A stretch of DNA of 32,722 bases from an uncultured Prevotellaceae bacterium (lineage in GTDB: Bacteria > Bacteroidota > Bacteroidia > Bacteroidales > Muribaculaceae). Both the position numbers and the translations under genes were made by a program. The DNA is taken from positions 1-32,722 of the forward strand of contig CAMFSS010000001.1 in NCBI GenBank assembly GCA_945983195.1, in the 5' to 3' direction. Under the pieces are notes generated by a model. That model was given only the letters and a program-made list of their open reading frames with translations. It was not told the DNA's origin and did not search any database. Of this stretch, positions 19,927-28,798 are shown in pieces; the first letter of the stretch is position 1, and every line of letters begins with the position of its first letter.

Positions 19927-20037
19927 AATGATTACAGGCTTGTGGTTGTGATTCAATTCACACCCAAAAGAGTATATATTAGATTTGTAGGAACCCACAA
20001 AGAATACGATAAGATTAGCAACATCAAAACTATATAG
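19927..20037 (+). pseudogene. higB: 5'-truncated higB (RelE-superfamily toxin) remnant; only about the C-terminal 36 codons remain
   Basis: The translation NDYRLVVVIQFTPKRVYIRFVGTHKEYDKISNIKTI* matches the HigB C-terminal consensus (YRL..-I.FIGTH.EYD.I). The stop lies 2 nt before the higA ATG. No start codon or N-terminal two thirds is present, and the upstream frame hits a stop at 19903. Confidence 0.65.
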
Positions 20038-20039
20038 CT

Positions 20040-20405
20040 ATGGCACAAATTAAGAATGAAACAGCCTATAGAGTGGCATTGCAACGCATTGACGAACTGC
20101 TACCCTTGGTTGACGACACCACACCTACCAACGACAAGAATTATATTGAGCTTGATATGATTGCAGATTTGGTCGAAGAATATGAGATGGAACACTATCC
20201 CATATCTACACCGTCGTTGGTCGACACCCTGAAATTGCGAATGTATGAAATGGGGCTTACTCAAGCAAAATTAGCTGAATTACTTGGAATTAGTGCCGCA
20301 CGCATCAGCGAAATAATATCCTGCAAAGGTGAGCCATCACTCAAAACGGGGCGAGAAATGTGCCGAAAGCTGAATATCGACCCTGCAATAGTTCTGGGGC
20401 TATAG
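20040..20405 (+). CDS. higA: HigA-family antitoxin / XRE-type HTH regulator
   Basis: The 121-aa ORF has an N-terminal helical domain plus a C-terminal HTH (LTQAKLAELLGISAARISEIISCKGEPS), as in HigA antitoxins of COG5499 type. Confidence 0.75.
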   Translation: MAQIKNETAYRVALQRIDELLPLVDDTTPTNDKNYIELDMIADLVEEYEMEHYPISTPSLVDTLKLRMYEMGLTQAKLAELLGISAARISEIISCKGEPSLKTGREMCRKLNIDPAIVLGL

Positions 20406-20526
20406 GGAACGGCATGATGGGGTGAAATTTTGTTAATTCGGGGAAAAACAGAGGGTGTGATTTAACTTTCGAGGGCTACAAGCATCAAATAGGGCGAAAA
20501 CGACTCGCAGAGTCGTAACTATTTAG

Positions 20527-20534
20527 TAATTTTG
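20527..20534 (+). promoter_or_regulatory. Candidate -7 box TAATTTTG upstream of the outer-membrane protein gene
   Basis: It is an exact TAnnTTTG match 37 nt upstream of the ATG at 20572. Confidence 0.5.
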
Positions 20535-20571
20535 CATACTGGAAATTCAAAAAAATAAACACTGGAGATTA

Positions 20572-23508
20572 ATGAAACGTTTGTTGACAATGCTTGTGGC
20601 GGCAGTTATAGGCTTTGCCGGAATGGAGGCAGAGGCTGCCAACATCAGAGGAAAAATAGTTGACGCAACCGACAAGTCGCCGCTCCCCGAAGCGACAGTA
20701 AGATTGGTAAAAGCGACGAAGGACAGCACGTACGTGGCAGGCGCAGCAGCCGATGCCGAAGGGCGGTTCACTCTTTCGGGAGTGCGCCAAGGCAAATATG
20801 TACTCTCGGTGAGCTACATAGGCTACGCAACGCTGAAGAAGGATATCGCTGTGGGCAGTGCTGACCTTCGCCTCGGCTCAATCGAACTGAGCGAGAGCAC
20901 CATTATGCTGAAAGAGGCCACTGTGGTGGGCGTGAAGACTGAAATTACGGTGAAAGAGGACACGGTGGAATACAATGCCGACTCCTACAAGACCCAGCCA
21001 AACGCCGTGGTGGAGGACCTGCTGAAGCGACTTCCGGGCGTAGAGGTTGGCACCGACGGCAAAATCACAGCCCAGGGCAAGGAGGTAAAGAAGATTCTCA
21101 TCGACGGCAAGGAGTTCTTTGCCGACGACCCCAAAGTGGCATCGAAGAATATTCCCGTGGAAATGGTAGACAAGCTCCAGGTGGTTGACCGCAAAAGCGA
21201 CCTTGCACGCCTCACGGGAGTTGACGACGGCGAGGAAGAAACCGTAATCAACCTAACGGTGAAGAAGGGCATGAACAATGGCTGGTTTGGAACAATCACC
21301 GGAGGCTACGGCACTGACGACCGCTACTCGGGCAGCTTGATTATCAACCACTTCCGCGACGGCAACCAATTCACCATACTCGGCGGTACCAACAACACCA
21401 ACGAGCCGGCATTCACCGACGGCGGCTCAAGCCGATTCAGCCGCTTCGGCGGCAGCAACGGCATCAACACCACGCAAAGTGCCGGATTCAACTTCAATGT
21501 GGGCAAGGAGGAAACATTCCGCGCAGGCGGCAGCCTGCTCTACTCGCACACCGACCAGGACAACCGCAACAAGAGCAGCTACCAGTATCTGCTCGAAGAC
21601 GGAAACTCCTACAACGACTCCTATTCCACCTCGCGCGACAAAGGGCACAACATTCGCGGCGACTTCCGCCTGAAGTGGGAGGTTGACTCTTTCAACACCC
21701 TGGAATTCCGCCCCAATTTCTCATTCAACTTCAGCGACTCGTGGAAGACCGACAGCTCAATGATGCGCAACTATATGCTTGAATTGCAATCGAAGAGCAT
21801 CAGCTCCTATATAAACAACGGAAAGAGCTATGAATTCGGCGGCCAGCTCGTATACAACCACAAGTTCAAGAGCCACCCCGGACGCAGCTACAGTGCACAG
21901 CTACGCTACAACTTCAGCAACGTGCGCGAGGACGGAAGCACCGTGACCCGCAACACATTCTCTGAAGATGCCAACACCGAAGACCAGGACATCAACCAAA
22001 TCTACGACAACAAGCGATGGAGCAATGCCGTGAACTGGCGACTCACATGGACCGAACCGCTCGGCGACGTGAAGAATGCACGATTCATCACCGCCGCCTA
22101 CCGCGGAAACTTCCGCTTCAACAACTCCGACAAATTTGTCTACGACTTGGATAACGGCAGCGGCACGCAGAACACCACGGAGGCAACACCCTCGCCACTG
22201 CTCGCCGCAGCACTCAACGATGCAACATTCTGCCGCGCCATAGCCGAAAAATACTCTCCTGTGGTGATGCTCGACTACCGCCTGCTCGCCGATGTGCTCG
22301 AATATGAGCTTGGCGATGCAATTTTCAACGACGAACTGAGCAGCTCGCTGCGCAACAAGTCGTTCACCCAAAGTTTCCAACTCGGCTTCAAGCAAGTACG
22401 CAAGGAATACAACCTCGATGCCGGCTTGCAGCTCAACTCGTCGATGCAGCAAAGCGACGACCTGCTCGACCCCAATCGCAACGTGCCGCAACGATGGACG
22501 TGGAACGTGGCACCATACGCCCGACTGCGCATGAAATTCTCAAAGACGCGCAACTTGGCTTTCGACTACCGCTCACGCTACAGCGAGCCGTCGGTGAGCC
22601 AACTGCAACCGGTAGCCGACGTGTCGAACCCGCTGCGAATCGTAATTGGTAATCCCGACCTGAAATCGACATTCACACAGAACATCAACCTGCGCTTCAA
22701 CGACTTCGACCAGAAGGAGCAGCGAAGCATCATGGCAATGATAGGAGGACAATACTCGCTCAACAGCATCATATCGAAGGTGACTTACGACCAGGGAACC
22801 CGCGGACAGACCACCACCTATGAGAACGTGAACGGCGTGTGGAATGCAATCGGAATGTGCATGTTCAGCTTCCCATTCAAGCGCAAGAGCTGGTACTACT
22901 CCACCATGACGCGACTGAGCTACTCAAGCACCGTGGGCTACAACAACAATGCCTACAACCGCAGCGGAACACTGTCGTGGCACGTAGCACCGGGAATCTC
23001 GTTCCGCCCCGACGCACTTGAGCTGGAGCTTCGACCAACCTACAACCTGCAAACTACGCACAACAGCACCCAGACATCAGCCAACCGCAACATACACACA
23101 TACGGAGCATCATTCAACGGCACCTACTATGCACCGCTCGGCTTCGTGCTTGCCACCGACGTGCGCTACAGCTCATCGAGCGGCTACACCGACGGCTTCA
23201 ACTCCACCCAGTGGCTGTGGAATGCTTCGCTAAGCTACCAGTTCCTCGCCGACAAGTCGGCAACGCTCTCGGTGAAGGTATTCGACATTCTGGGACAGCG
23301 ACAGAGCATCAGCCGCAGCGTAACCGCCAACTACATACGCGATATGGAGTATAACACGCTGTCGCGCTACTTCATGTTCTCGTTCACCTACAAGTTCACT
23401 ACTTTCGGCAGCCACAAGAACAACCCGAAGGTGGAAGGCGGCGACTTCGGCGGACCGGGACGCTTCCGTGGCGGACGTCCACCTATGGGACCGCCTCCCG
23501 GCAGATAA
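20572..23508 (+). CDS. Outer-membrane beta-barrel family protein with N-terminal carboxypeptidase-regulatory-like and plug-like domains (TonB-dependent-receptor-like)
   Basis: The ORF has a signal peptide and a CarbopepD_reg-like start (IRGKIVDATDKSPLPEATVRL..GKYVLSVSYIGY). A plug-like block (DLLKRLPGVEV..GKEVKKILIDGKEFF) follows. A long alternating beta-strand region ends in an aromatic residue, followed by a Gly/Pro/Arg-rich tail. Confidence 0.75.
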   Translation: MKRLLTMLVAAVIGFAGMEAEAANIRGKIVDATDKSPLPEATVRLVKATKDSTYVAGAAADAEGRFTLSGVRQGKYVLSVSYIGYATLKKDIAVGSADLRLGSIELSESTIMLKEATVVGVKTEITVKEDTVEYNADSYKTQPNAVVEDLLKRLPGVEVGTDGKITAQGKEVKKILIDGKEFFADDPKVASKNIPVEMVDKLQVVDRKSDLARLTGVDDGEEETVINLTVKKGMNNGWFGTITGGYGTDDRYSGSLIINHFRDGNQFTILGGTNNTNEPAFTDGGSSRFSRFGGSNGINTTQSAGFNFNVGKEETFRAGGSLLYSHTDQDNRNKSSYQYLLEDGNSYNDSYSTSRDKGHNIRGDFRLKWEVDSFNTLEFRPNFSFNFSDSWKTDSSMMRNYMLELQSKSISSYINNGKSYEFGGQLVYNHKFKSHPGRSYSAQLRYNFSNVREDGSTVTRNTFSEDANTEDQDINQIYDNKRWSNAVNWRLTWTEPLGDVKNARFITAAYRGNFRFNNSDKFVYDLDNGSGTQNTTEATPSPLLAAALNDATFCRAIAEKYSPVVMLDYRLLADVLEYELGDAIFNDELSSSLRNKSFTQSFQLGFKQVRKEYNLDAGLQLNSSMQQSDDLLDPNRNVPQRWTWNVAPYARLRMKFSKTRNLAFDYRSRYSEPSVSQLQPVADVSNPLRIVIGNPDLKSTFTQNINLRFNDFDQKEQRSIMAMIGGQYSLNSIISKVTYDQGTRGQTTTYENVNGVWNAIGMCMFSFPFKRKSWYYSTMTRLSYSSTVGYNNNAYNRSGTLSWHVAPGISFRPDALELELRPTYNLQTTHNSTQTSANRNIHTYGASFNGTYYAPLGFVLATDVRYSSSSGYTDGFNSTQWLWNASLSYQFLADKSATLSVKVFDILGQRQSISRSVTANYIRDMEYNTLSRYFMFSFTYKFTTFGSHKNNPKVEGGDFGGPGRFRGGRPPMGPPPGR

Positions 23509-23545
23509 AGAAACGGCACTCACACACTCATTTTTTTCATAAAGC

Positions 23546-23589
23546 CACAGCCCGGCAATGCCACACAGCATTGCGGGCTGTGCTTTTTT
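23546..23589 (+). terminator. Rho-independent terminator after the outer-membrane protein gene
   Basis: CACAGCCCGGCAATGC / GCATTGCGGGCTGTG forms a 15-bp stem with one bulge and loop CACACA, followed by TTTTTT. Confidence 0.75.
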
Positions 23590-23648
23590 GTGGAAAAATG
23601 TGGAAAAATGCCGCCAAAAGAATTTTTTGAAAAAAATTTGCCAAATTA

Positions 23649-23680
23649 TTTGCACAATTAAAAGCAAATAGATACCTTTG
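23649..23680 (+). promoter_or_regulatory. Candidate promoter (-33 TTTG, 20-nt spacer, -7 TACCTTTG) of the ammonium transporter gene
   Basis: TTTG lies at 23649..23652 and TACCTTTG at 23673..23680. This leaves an AT-rich leader of about 90 nt before the ATG. Confidence 0.5.
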
Positions 23681-23772
23681 CAGTGAAAAAGATTGCAAAT
23701 GGTTAATAATTTATTCTTTTTGCTTGCACAATGCAACCTGCTTGCGATGGAATAAGGGAAATTTAGATAAAA

Positions 23773-25218
23773 ATGAGAAAAGGAGTATTGAAGATGAAAA
23801 AGAGATGGTTAATTTTGTTCAGTTTGATAACGTTGATTTCATTGCTTGGCGTGGGACTGACGGGAAATGAGGGAAATTTTAGTCTGCCAGAAGATCTTTC
23901 GGCACAGGACTATGCCAACATTGCGTGGATGATAACAGCCACCATATTCGTGCTAATGATGACGCCGGGACTGGCGTTCTTCTACGGCGGAATGGTACGC
24001 GCCAAGAATGTAATCAGCACCATGCTCCAGAGCTTCATAGTGATGGGAGTGGTGAGTGTAATTTGGATTGTCTTTGGTTTTGGGCTATCGTTTGGCGACG
24101 ATATATACGGGTTGATAGGCAACCCTGCGGGATTTTTCCTGTTCAATCATGTAGGCTGCGAGAATATGGGAGCAGCAGGCACGGCGGCACTGTCGCAAAT
24201 CGACCTAGGAGTGACCACCATACCGCTTGCCCTGTTTGCCCTGTTCCAGATGAAATTTGCCATCATCACCCCGTCGCTGATAACAGGGTCGTTTGCCGAG
24301 CGCGTGAAATTCTCCGGCTATCTAATCTTTATGATGCTATGGGTGATATTCGTGTACTGTCCGCTTGCGCACTGGACGTGGCATCCCGAGGGAATCTTTG
24401 CACAGATGCACGTGCATGATTTTGCCGGAGGAATCGTGGTGCACGCCGCATCGGGCGTAGCCGCCCTTGCAGGAGCCATTTTTCTGGGCAGGCGCAAGAG
24501 CGATGAAGGGAAGGCAGCGAATATCCCGTTTGTGCTGCTCGGAGCAGCACTGTTGTGGTTAGGCTGGTTTGGTTTCAATGGAGGGTCGTCGCTTGCCGCC
24601 GACGGAGTAGCAATATCGGCATTCCTCAACACCAACACCGCCGCCGCAACAGCAATGGCAACGTGGGTGTTCCTCGACTGCCTGTTGGGCCGCCGCCCGT
24701 CGGCCATGGGAGCAGCCATCGGAGCCGTAGTAGGACTTGTGGCAATCACACCGAGCGCAGGCTGGGTCACAGTGGGTCAGAGCATATTCATATCGTTTGT
24801 CACCACGCTCATCTGCAACATGGCAGTAACCTACAAGGCCAAGACCCACCTCTTCGATGATGCACTCGACGTGTTCCCCACACACGGACTTGGCGGAATA
24901 GTAGGCACCGTGCTCACCGGCATATTCACCTACAGCTACTTCTACCCACAAGCCGAGGATGCCGAAATCACACACTGGGAGTTCTTCTTGAACCACCTGC
25001 TCGCAGTAGCAATAGTGTTCGGCTACACATTCGTTATGAGCTACGCACTCTACTGGCTCACCAACAAGATGGTGCGAATGCGAGTATCGGCAAAGAGCGA
25101 GCGCATAGGACTCGACCGCTCGCAGCACGATGAAGAGTACGGCGGCGAAGCCCACACCGAGATAGCAGAGGAAGTGCCATCGGAAAGCGAATGGATACGC
25201 TCAGTGTCGGAAAACTGA
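23773..25218 (+). CDS. amt: ammonium transporter (Amt family)
   Basis: The polytopic ORF contains PGLAFFYGG, DFAGG.VVH..SG and GWFGFNGGS motifs. An alternative start lies at 23794 (MKKRW). Confidence 0.9.
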   Translation: MRKGVLKMKKRWLILFSLITLISLLGVGLTGNEGNFSLPEDLSAQDYANIAWMITATIFVLMMTPGLAFFYGGMVRAKNVISTMLQSFIVMGVVSVIWIVFGFGLSFGDDIYGLIGNPAGFFLFNHVGCENMGAAGTAALSQIDLGVTTIPLALFALFQMKFAIITPSLITGSFAERVKFSGYLIFMMLWVIFVYCPLAHWTWHPEGIFAQMHVHDFAGGIVVHAASGVAALAGAIFLGRRKSDEGKAANIPFVLLGAALLWLGWFGFNGGSSLAADGVAISAFLNTNTAAATAMATWVFLDCLLGRRPSAMGAAIGAVVGLVAITPSAGWVTVGQSIFISFVTTLICNMAVTYKAKTHLFDDALDVFPTHGLGGIVGTVLTGIFTYSYFYPQAEDAEITHWEFFLNHLLAVAIVFGYTFVMSYALYWLTNKMVRMRVSAKSERIGLDRSQHDEEYGGEAHTEIAEEVPSESEWIRSVSEN

Positions 25219-25319
25219 TTTATATTCCGGGATTAGAACAAGGCAACAATGACAACAACAATATGGTTTTTTATTAGCAAAAGGTTTTAGGTAATTTAAT
25301 GGTTATAATTTTGGGTATA

Positions 25320-25483
25320 AAAGATTGTTAGGAAACGCGAACAAGTGGCTGCAAAAGAATGACGACAGCGGCAGTCACTTGCATCACAAAAAAAGAGAAG
25401 AAATACCACAACAACAAGAGAGTTTCTTTGTTTTTATACTAAATTCCGAGGGGTGGGGCTTGTGTTAAGTCTCATCCTTTTTT
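25320..25483 (+). ncRNA. Candidate small RNA, or a structured 3' UTR of the ammonium transporter gene
   Basis: A -7 box TAATTTTG lies at 25306..25313. An internal 11-bp hairpin pairs 25342..25352 with 25371..25381. A terminator valid only on the + strand has an 11-bp stem (25451..25461 with 25467..25477, including G-U pairs) followed by six T. No conserved ORF is present; the only ORF is a 27-codon one at 25359..25442. Confidence 0.3.
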
Positions 25484-25549
25484 ATCACGGCTTTTCTATG
25501 GCAAGTGGAAAAAAGGAGTGTAATTTTTGGTTATGACGCAGGGTTGGCG

Positions 25550-25557
25550 TAAATTTG
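25550..25557 (+). promoter_or_regulatory. Candidate -7 box TAAATTTG upstream of the LTA-synthase-like gene
   Basis: It matches TAnnTTTG and lies 65 nt upstream of the ATG at 25623. Confidence 0.45.
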
Positions 25558-25622
25558 CACTGCAAGCGCGTAACCGCGCATTCGCAACACACACGCTTTG
25601 CAAGCAACTGATTGATTAATTG

Positions 25623-27644
25623 ATGAAAACCCCAACCAAGAAAAAAGCTACGACCGACAGTGGCGTGATGAAATATGTGAAGCTCGTCACCGGCAGCCGT
25701 GCCGGCAGCTTCGTGTGCAACATCGCACTTGCCTACGCAGTGATGATGGTTGCACGCCTGCTGTTTGCAGTAGCAAACATAGGGCTTCTTGCCGACGGAA
25801 TGTCGTGGCAGCTTGCAGGCAGAATGCTTCAAGGAGCATTGATGTTTGACACCGCAGCCATCATCTACACCAACGCGCTCTATGTGCTGCTTGTGCTTCT
25901 CCCGTTGCACAAAAAGGAAACGCCAGTCTATGCCACAATCATGAAGTGGGTGTGGATAGTGTCCAATGGCATGGCCCTCGCAGGCACCCTTGCCGAGTGC
26001 GGCCGCTGTGAGTGCGCCAACCACCGCGCCACCGCCTCAGAGCTGGTGGAGCTGTGCAGCAGCGACAACGCACCTGTCAGCATAATTACCGGTGTGCTGA
26101 GCAACTGGTTTTTAGTGATTATTTTCGGCGCAATAGTGTGGGGAATGTGGAAACTCTACCGCAAGCCCACAAATCCGCGTCCCAAAAACCTTAAAGCCTA
26201 CTACGCAGTGCAGACAACGGCATTGGTGGCACTCACAGTGCTGTGCGTGGCAGGCACAAGAGGCGGCTTCGCCCTCGACTCGCGCCCCATAGGCATAGGC
26301 AATGCCAGCCTCTATGTGAACCGCCAGGCTGAAACCGGCATTGTGCTCAACACGCCATTCTCATTGATACGCACAATTGGCAAAAAACCATTCACCACCC
26401 CCGACTACATGAGCGACTATGAAATGGAAGCGACCTATACCCCACTCCACCACCCGAAACGCGGAAAACGCTTCACCCGGCGCAATGTGGTGGTAATCAT
26501 AGCCGAAAGCTGCGGCAGCGAATACTCGGGAATGCTCAACAGCGACCTCGACGGCGGCAGCTACCGCGGCTTCACGCCGTTTCTCGACTCGCTCATGTCG
26601 CGCGGAACGACATTCCGCTACAGCTTCGGCAACGGACGCAGCAACATAGATGCAATCACCTCGGTGCTGACCGGCATACCGATGATGGAAGAGCCTTTTT
26701 TCCTATCGCAGGCATCACTCAACGACGTGACAGGCATTGCCGGCGAACTCCGCAAGGAGGGTTACCACACCGCATTCTTCCGCGGCGCACCGGGAAATAC
26801 TGCGTGCTTCAAGGCTTATTCACGGGCTATGGGCTTTGAGGAGTATTATGGAGCCGATGAATACCTACTCCACCACCCCGATGCCGGGAACAGCATCGAC
26901 GCGACAGGCGCGGTGTGCGACGAGCCGTTCTTGCAATACTGCTGCGAGAGAATCAACCGCATAAAGGAGCCTTTTGTGGCATCGGTGTACACAGCATCAC
27001 TGCACAAGCCATTCAATGTGCCGGCACAATATGAAACGACGCTGCCCGACGGGAAAATGCCCATACACAAGTGCGCAGGCTACACCGACCTGGCGCTGCG
27101 CCGCTTCTTCGAGGCAGCACAGCGCGAGAAGTGGTATGGCAATACACTGTTTGTGGTCACAGCCGACCACACCAACCAGTCGTGCCGCAACGTGTACGCA
27201 ACCGACCTTGGCGTGTATGCAGTACCCATCGTGCTCTATGCTCCGGGCGACACCACACTAAGGCGCGGAGTCGACGACCGCCCTATCGCCCAGCAAACCG
27301 ACATCATGCCCACCGTACTCGGCTACTTGGGCTACAACAGCCCCTACATTGCCTTCGGCTGCGACCTGCTGCACACGCCCGCCAACGAAACATTTGCCGT
27401 GAACTACCACAACGGCATCTACCAATACGTGAAAGGTGAATACCTGCTGCAATTCGACGGCACGCGCACCACCGGCTTCTACCGCTTCAAGAGCGACCGC
27501 CTGCTGCAAGTGAACTTAGTGCGGAAATCGCGCCGCTGGCAGCCAATGGAGAGCGAACTGAAGGCTCTGATAAGGCAGTACAAGCAGCGAATGGAGCACA
27601 ACAACCTCACCACTAAATCGAATCATCAAGACAAAAACCAATAA
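25623..27644 (+). CDS. LTA-synthase-family / sulfatase-like membrane phosphotransferase (alkaline-phosphatase superfamily)
   Basis: An N-terminal multi-TM region is followed by an extracytoplasmic domain with NVVVIIAESCGSEYSG and LFVVTADHTN motifs. The first ATG is at 25623. Confidence 0.75.
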   Translation: MKTPTKKKATTDSGVMKYVKLVTGSRAGSFVCNIALAYAVMMVARLLFAVANIGLLADGMSWQLAGRMLQGALMFDTAAIIYTNALYVLLVLLPLHKKETPVYATIMKWVWIVSNGMALAGTLAECGRCECANHRATASELVELCSSDNAPVSIITGVLSNWFLVIIFGAIVWGMWKLYRKPTNPRPKNLKAYYAVQTTALVALTVLCVAGTRGGFALDSRPIGIGNASLYVNRQAETGIVLNTPFSLIRTIGKKPFTTPDYMSDYEMEATYTPLHHPKRGKRFTRRNVVVIIAESCGSEYSGMLNSDLDGGSYRGFTPFLDSLMSRGTTFRYSFGNGRSNIDAITSVLTGIPMMEEPFFLSQASLNDVTGIAGELRKEGYHTAFFRGAPGNTACFKAYSRAMGFEEYYGADEYLLHHPDAGNSIDATGAVCDEPFLQYCCERINRIKEPFVASVYTASLHKPFNVPAQYETTLPDGKMPIHKCAGYTDLALRRFFEAAQREKWYGNTLFVVTADHTNQSCRNVYATDLGVYAVPIVLYAPGDTTLRRGVDDRPIAQQTDIMPTVLGYLGYNSPYIAFGCDLLHTPANETFAVNYHNGIYQYVKGEYLLQFDGTRTTGFYRFKSDRLLQVNLVRKSRRWQPMESELKALIRQYKQRMEHNNLTTKSNHQDKNQ

Positions 27645-27665
27645 AAAGCTAAATCTGCATCAATT

Positions 27666-28793
27666 ATGGCTGAAATCTTAGTGAAAGAGAAACCGCATTT
27701 TCACATTCTCGACGGACTGCGCGGAGTGGCTGCGCTGCTTGTAGTGATTTTCCACGTGGGCGAAGGCTTTGCCACCAATGCCACCGACCAATTTCTCAAC
27801 CACGGCTATCTGGCAGTGGACTTCTTCTTCGTACTCTCGGGCTTCGTTGTCGGTTATGCCTACGACGACCGCTGGGCAGGAGGGGGATTCACCCTCGGCA
27901 ACTTCTTCCGTCGCCGCTTGATACGACTTCACCCTATGGTACTGCTTGGAGCTGTGCTTGGAGCGTTGTCGTTTGCCATTCAGGGATTTGTGAAATGGGA
28001 CGGCACCGAAGTGGCAGTGTGGAATGTGATAGTGGCAATGCTGCTCACCATGCTCATGTTTCCGGCATGGCCTGGTGCGATGCACGAGGTGCGCGGCAAT
28101 GGCGAACTGTTTCCGCTCAACGGGCCATCATGGTCGCTTTTCTTTGAATACATAGCCAATATAGCCTACGCGCTGATACTTCACCGCCTCACCACGCGCC
28201 GGCTTGCCACAGTGGTGGCCTTGACGGCTGTGGCATACGCAGCATTTGACCTCAGCAATTTATCCGGAAGCTGGTTTATGAATCTCGGCTGGACATTCGC
28301 CGACTGGAATCTGCCGGGAGGACTGCTGCGCGTGGGATTGTGCTTCGGCATGGGAATGCTGTTGCAGCGCATCTTCAAGCCGTGGCGCATAAAAGGCGCG
28401 TTCACGCTTTGCTCGCTTATTCTGCTTGTGCTTTTCGCAGTGCCTTACGTCACACCGGTGGAGGGCACTACACACTGGAGCAATGCAATATTCGAGATAG
28501 TGTGCGTAGCGGTGTGCTTCCCTATTGTAGTGCAGATGGGGGCATCGGGAACGCTCAAGGGGCGCATCACTGAGACTCTGTGCAAATTCTTGGGCAAGAT
28601 TTCCTATCCGCTCTACATAGTGCACTATCCGGTGATGTATATGCTCTACTCATGGCTGTGGAGCGGTGAGCGCAGCACCGAGGCAATAGTGGTGGCTGTG
28701 GCAGCGGCAGTGACTACGAGCATCGTCATCGCCTACCTTGCAATGCGCTTCTACGACACTCCGGTCCGTGCCTGGCTGTCGGGGAAAAAATAA
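27666..28793 (+). CDS. acyltransferase family 3 (OafA-like) membrane O-acyltransferase
   Basis: The 375-aa polytopic ORF has the N-terminal motif HFHILDGLRGVAALLVVIFH and contains VDFFFVLSGFV. It starts 21 nt after the preceding gene. Confidence 0.8.
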   Translation: MAEILVKEKPHFHILDGLRGVAALLVVIFHVGEGFATNATDQFLNHGYLAVDFFFVLSGFVVGYAYDDRWAGGGFTLGNFFRRRLIRLHPMVLLGAVLGALSFAIQGFVKWDGTEVAVWNVIVAMLLTMLMFPAWPGAMHEVRGNGELFPLNGPSWSLFFEYIANIAYALILHRLTTRRLATVVALTAVAYAAFDLSNLSGSWFMNLGWTFADWNLPGGLLRVGLCFGMGMLLQRIFKPWRIKGAFTLCSLILLVLFAVPYVTPVEGTTHWSNAIFEIVCVAVCFPIVVQMGASGTLKGRITETLCKFLGKISYPLYIVHYPVMYMLYSWLWSGERSTEAIVVAVAAAVTTSIVIAYLAMRFYDTPVRAWLSGKK

Positions 28794-28798
28794 ATTTC

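Noticed and set aside
23590-23609. A direct repeat GTGGAAAAAT occurs twice just after the terminator of the outer-membrane protein gene.
   Set aside because: There are only two short copies and no further context. This could be chance or a minor slippage product.
25485-26024. A 179-aa minus-strand ORF spans the intergenic region and the 5' end of the LTA-synthase-like gene.
   Set aside because: It is Cys/His-rich with no motifs, overlaps a clearly coding + strand gene and crosses that gene's promoter.
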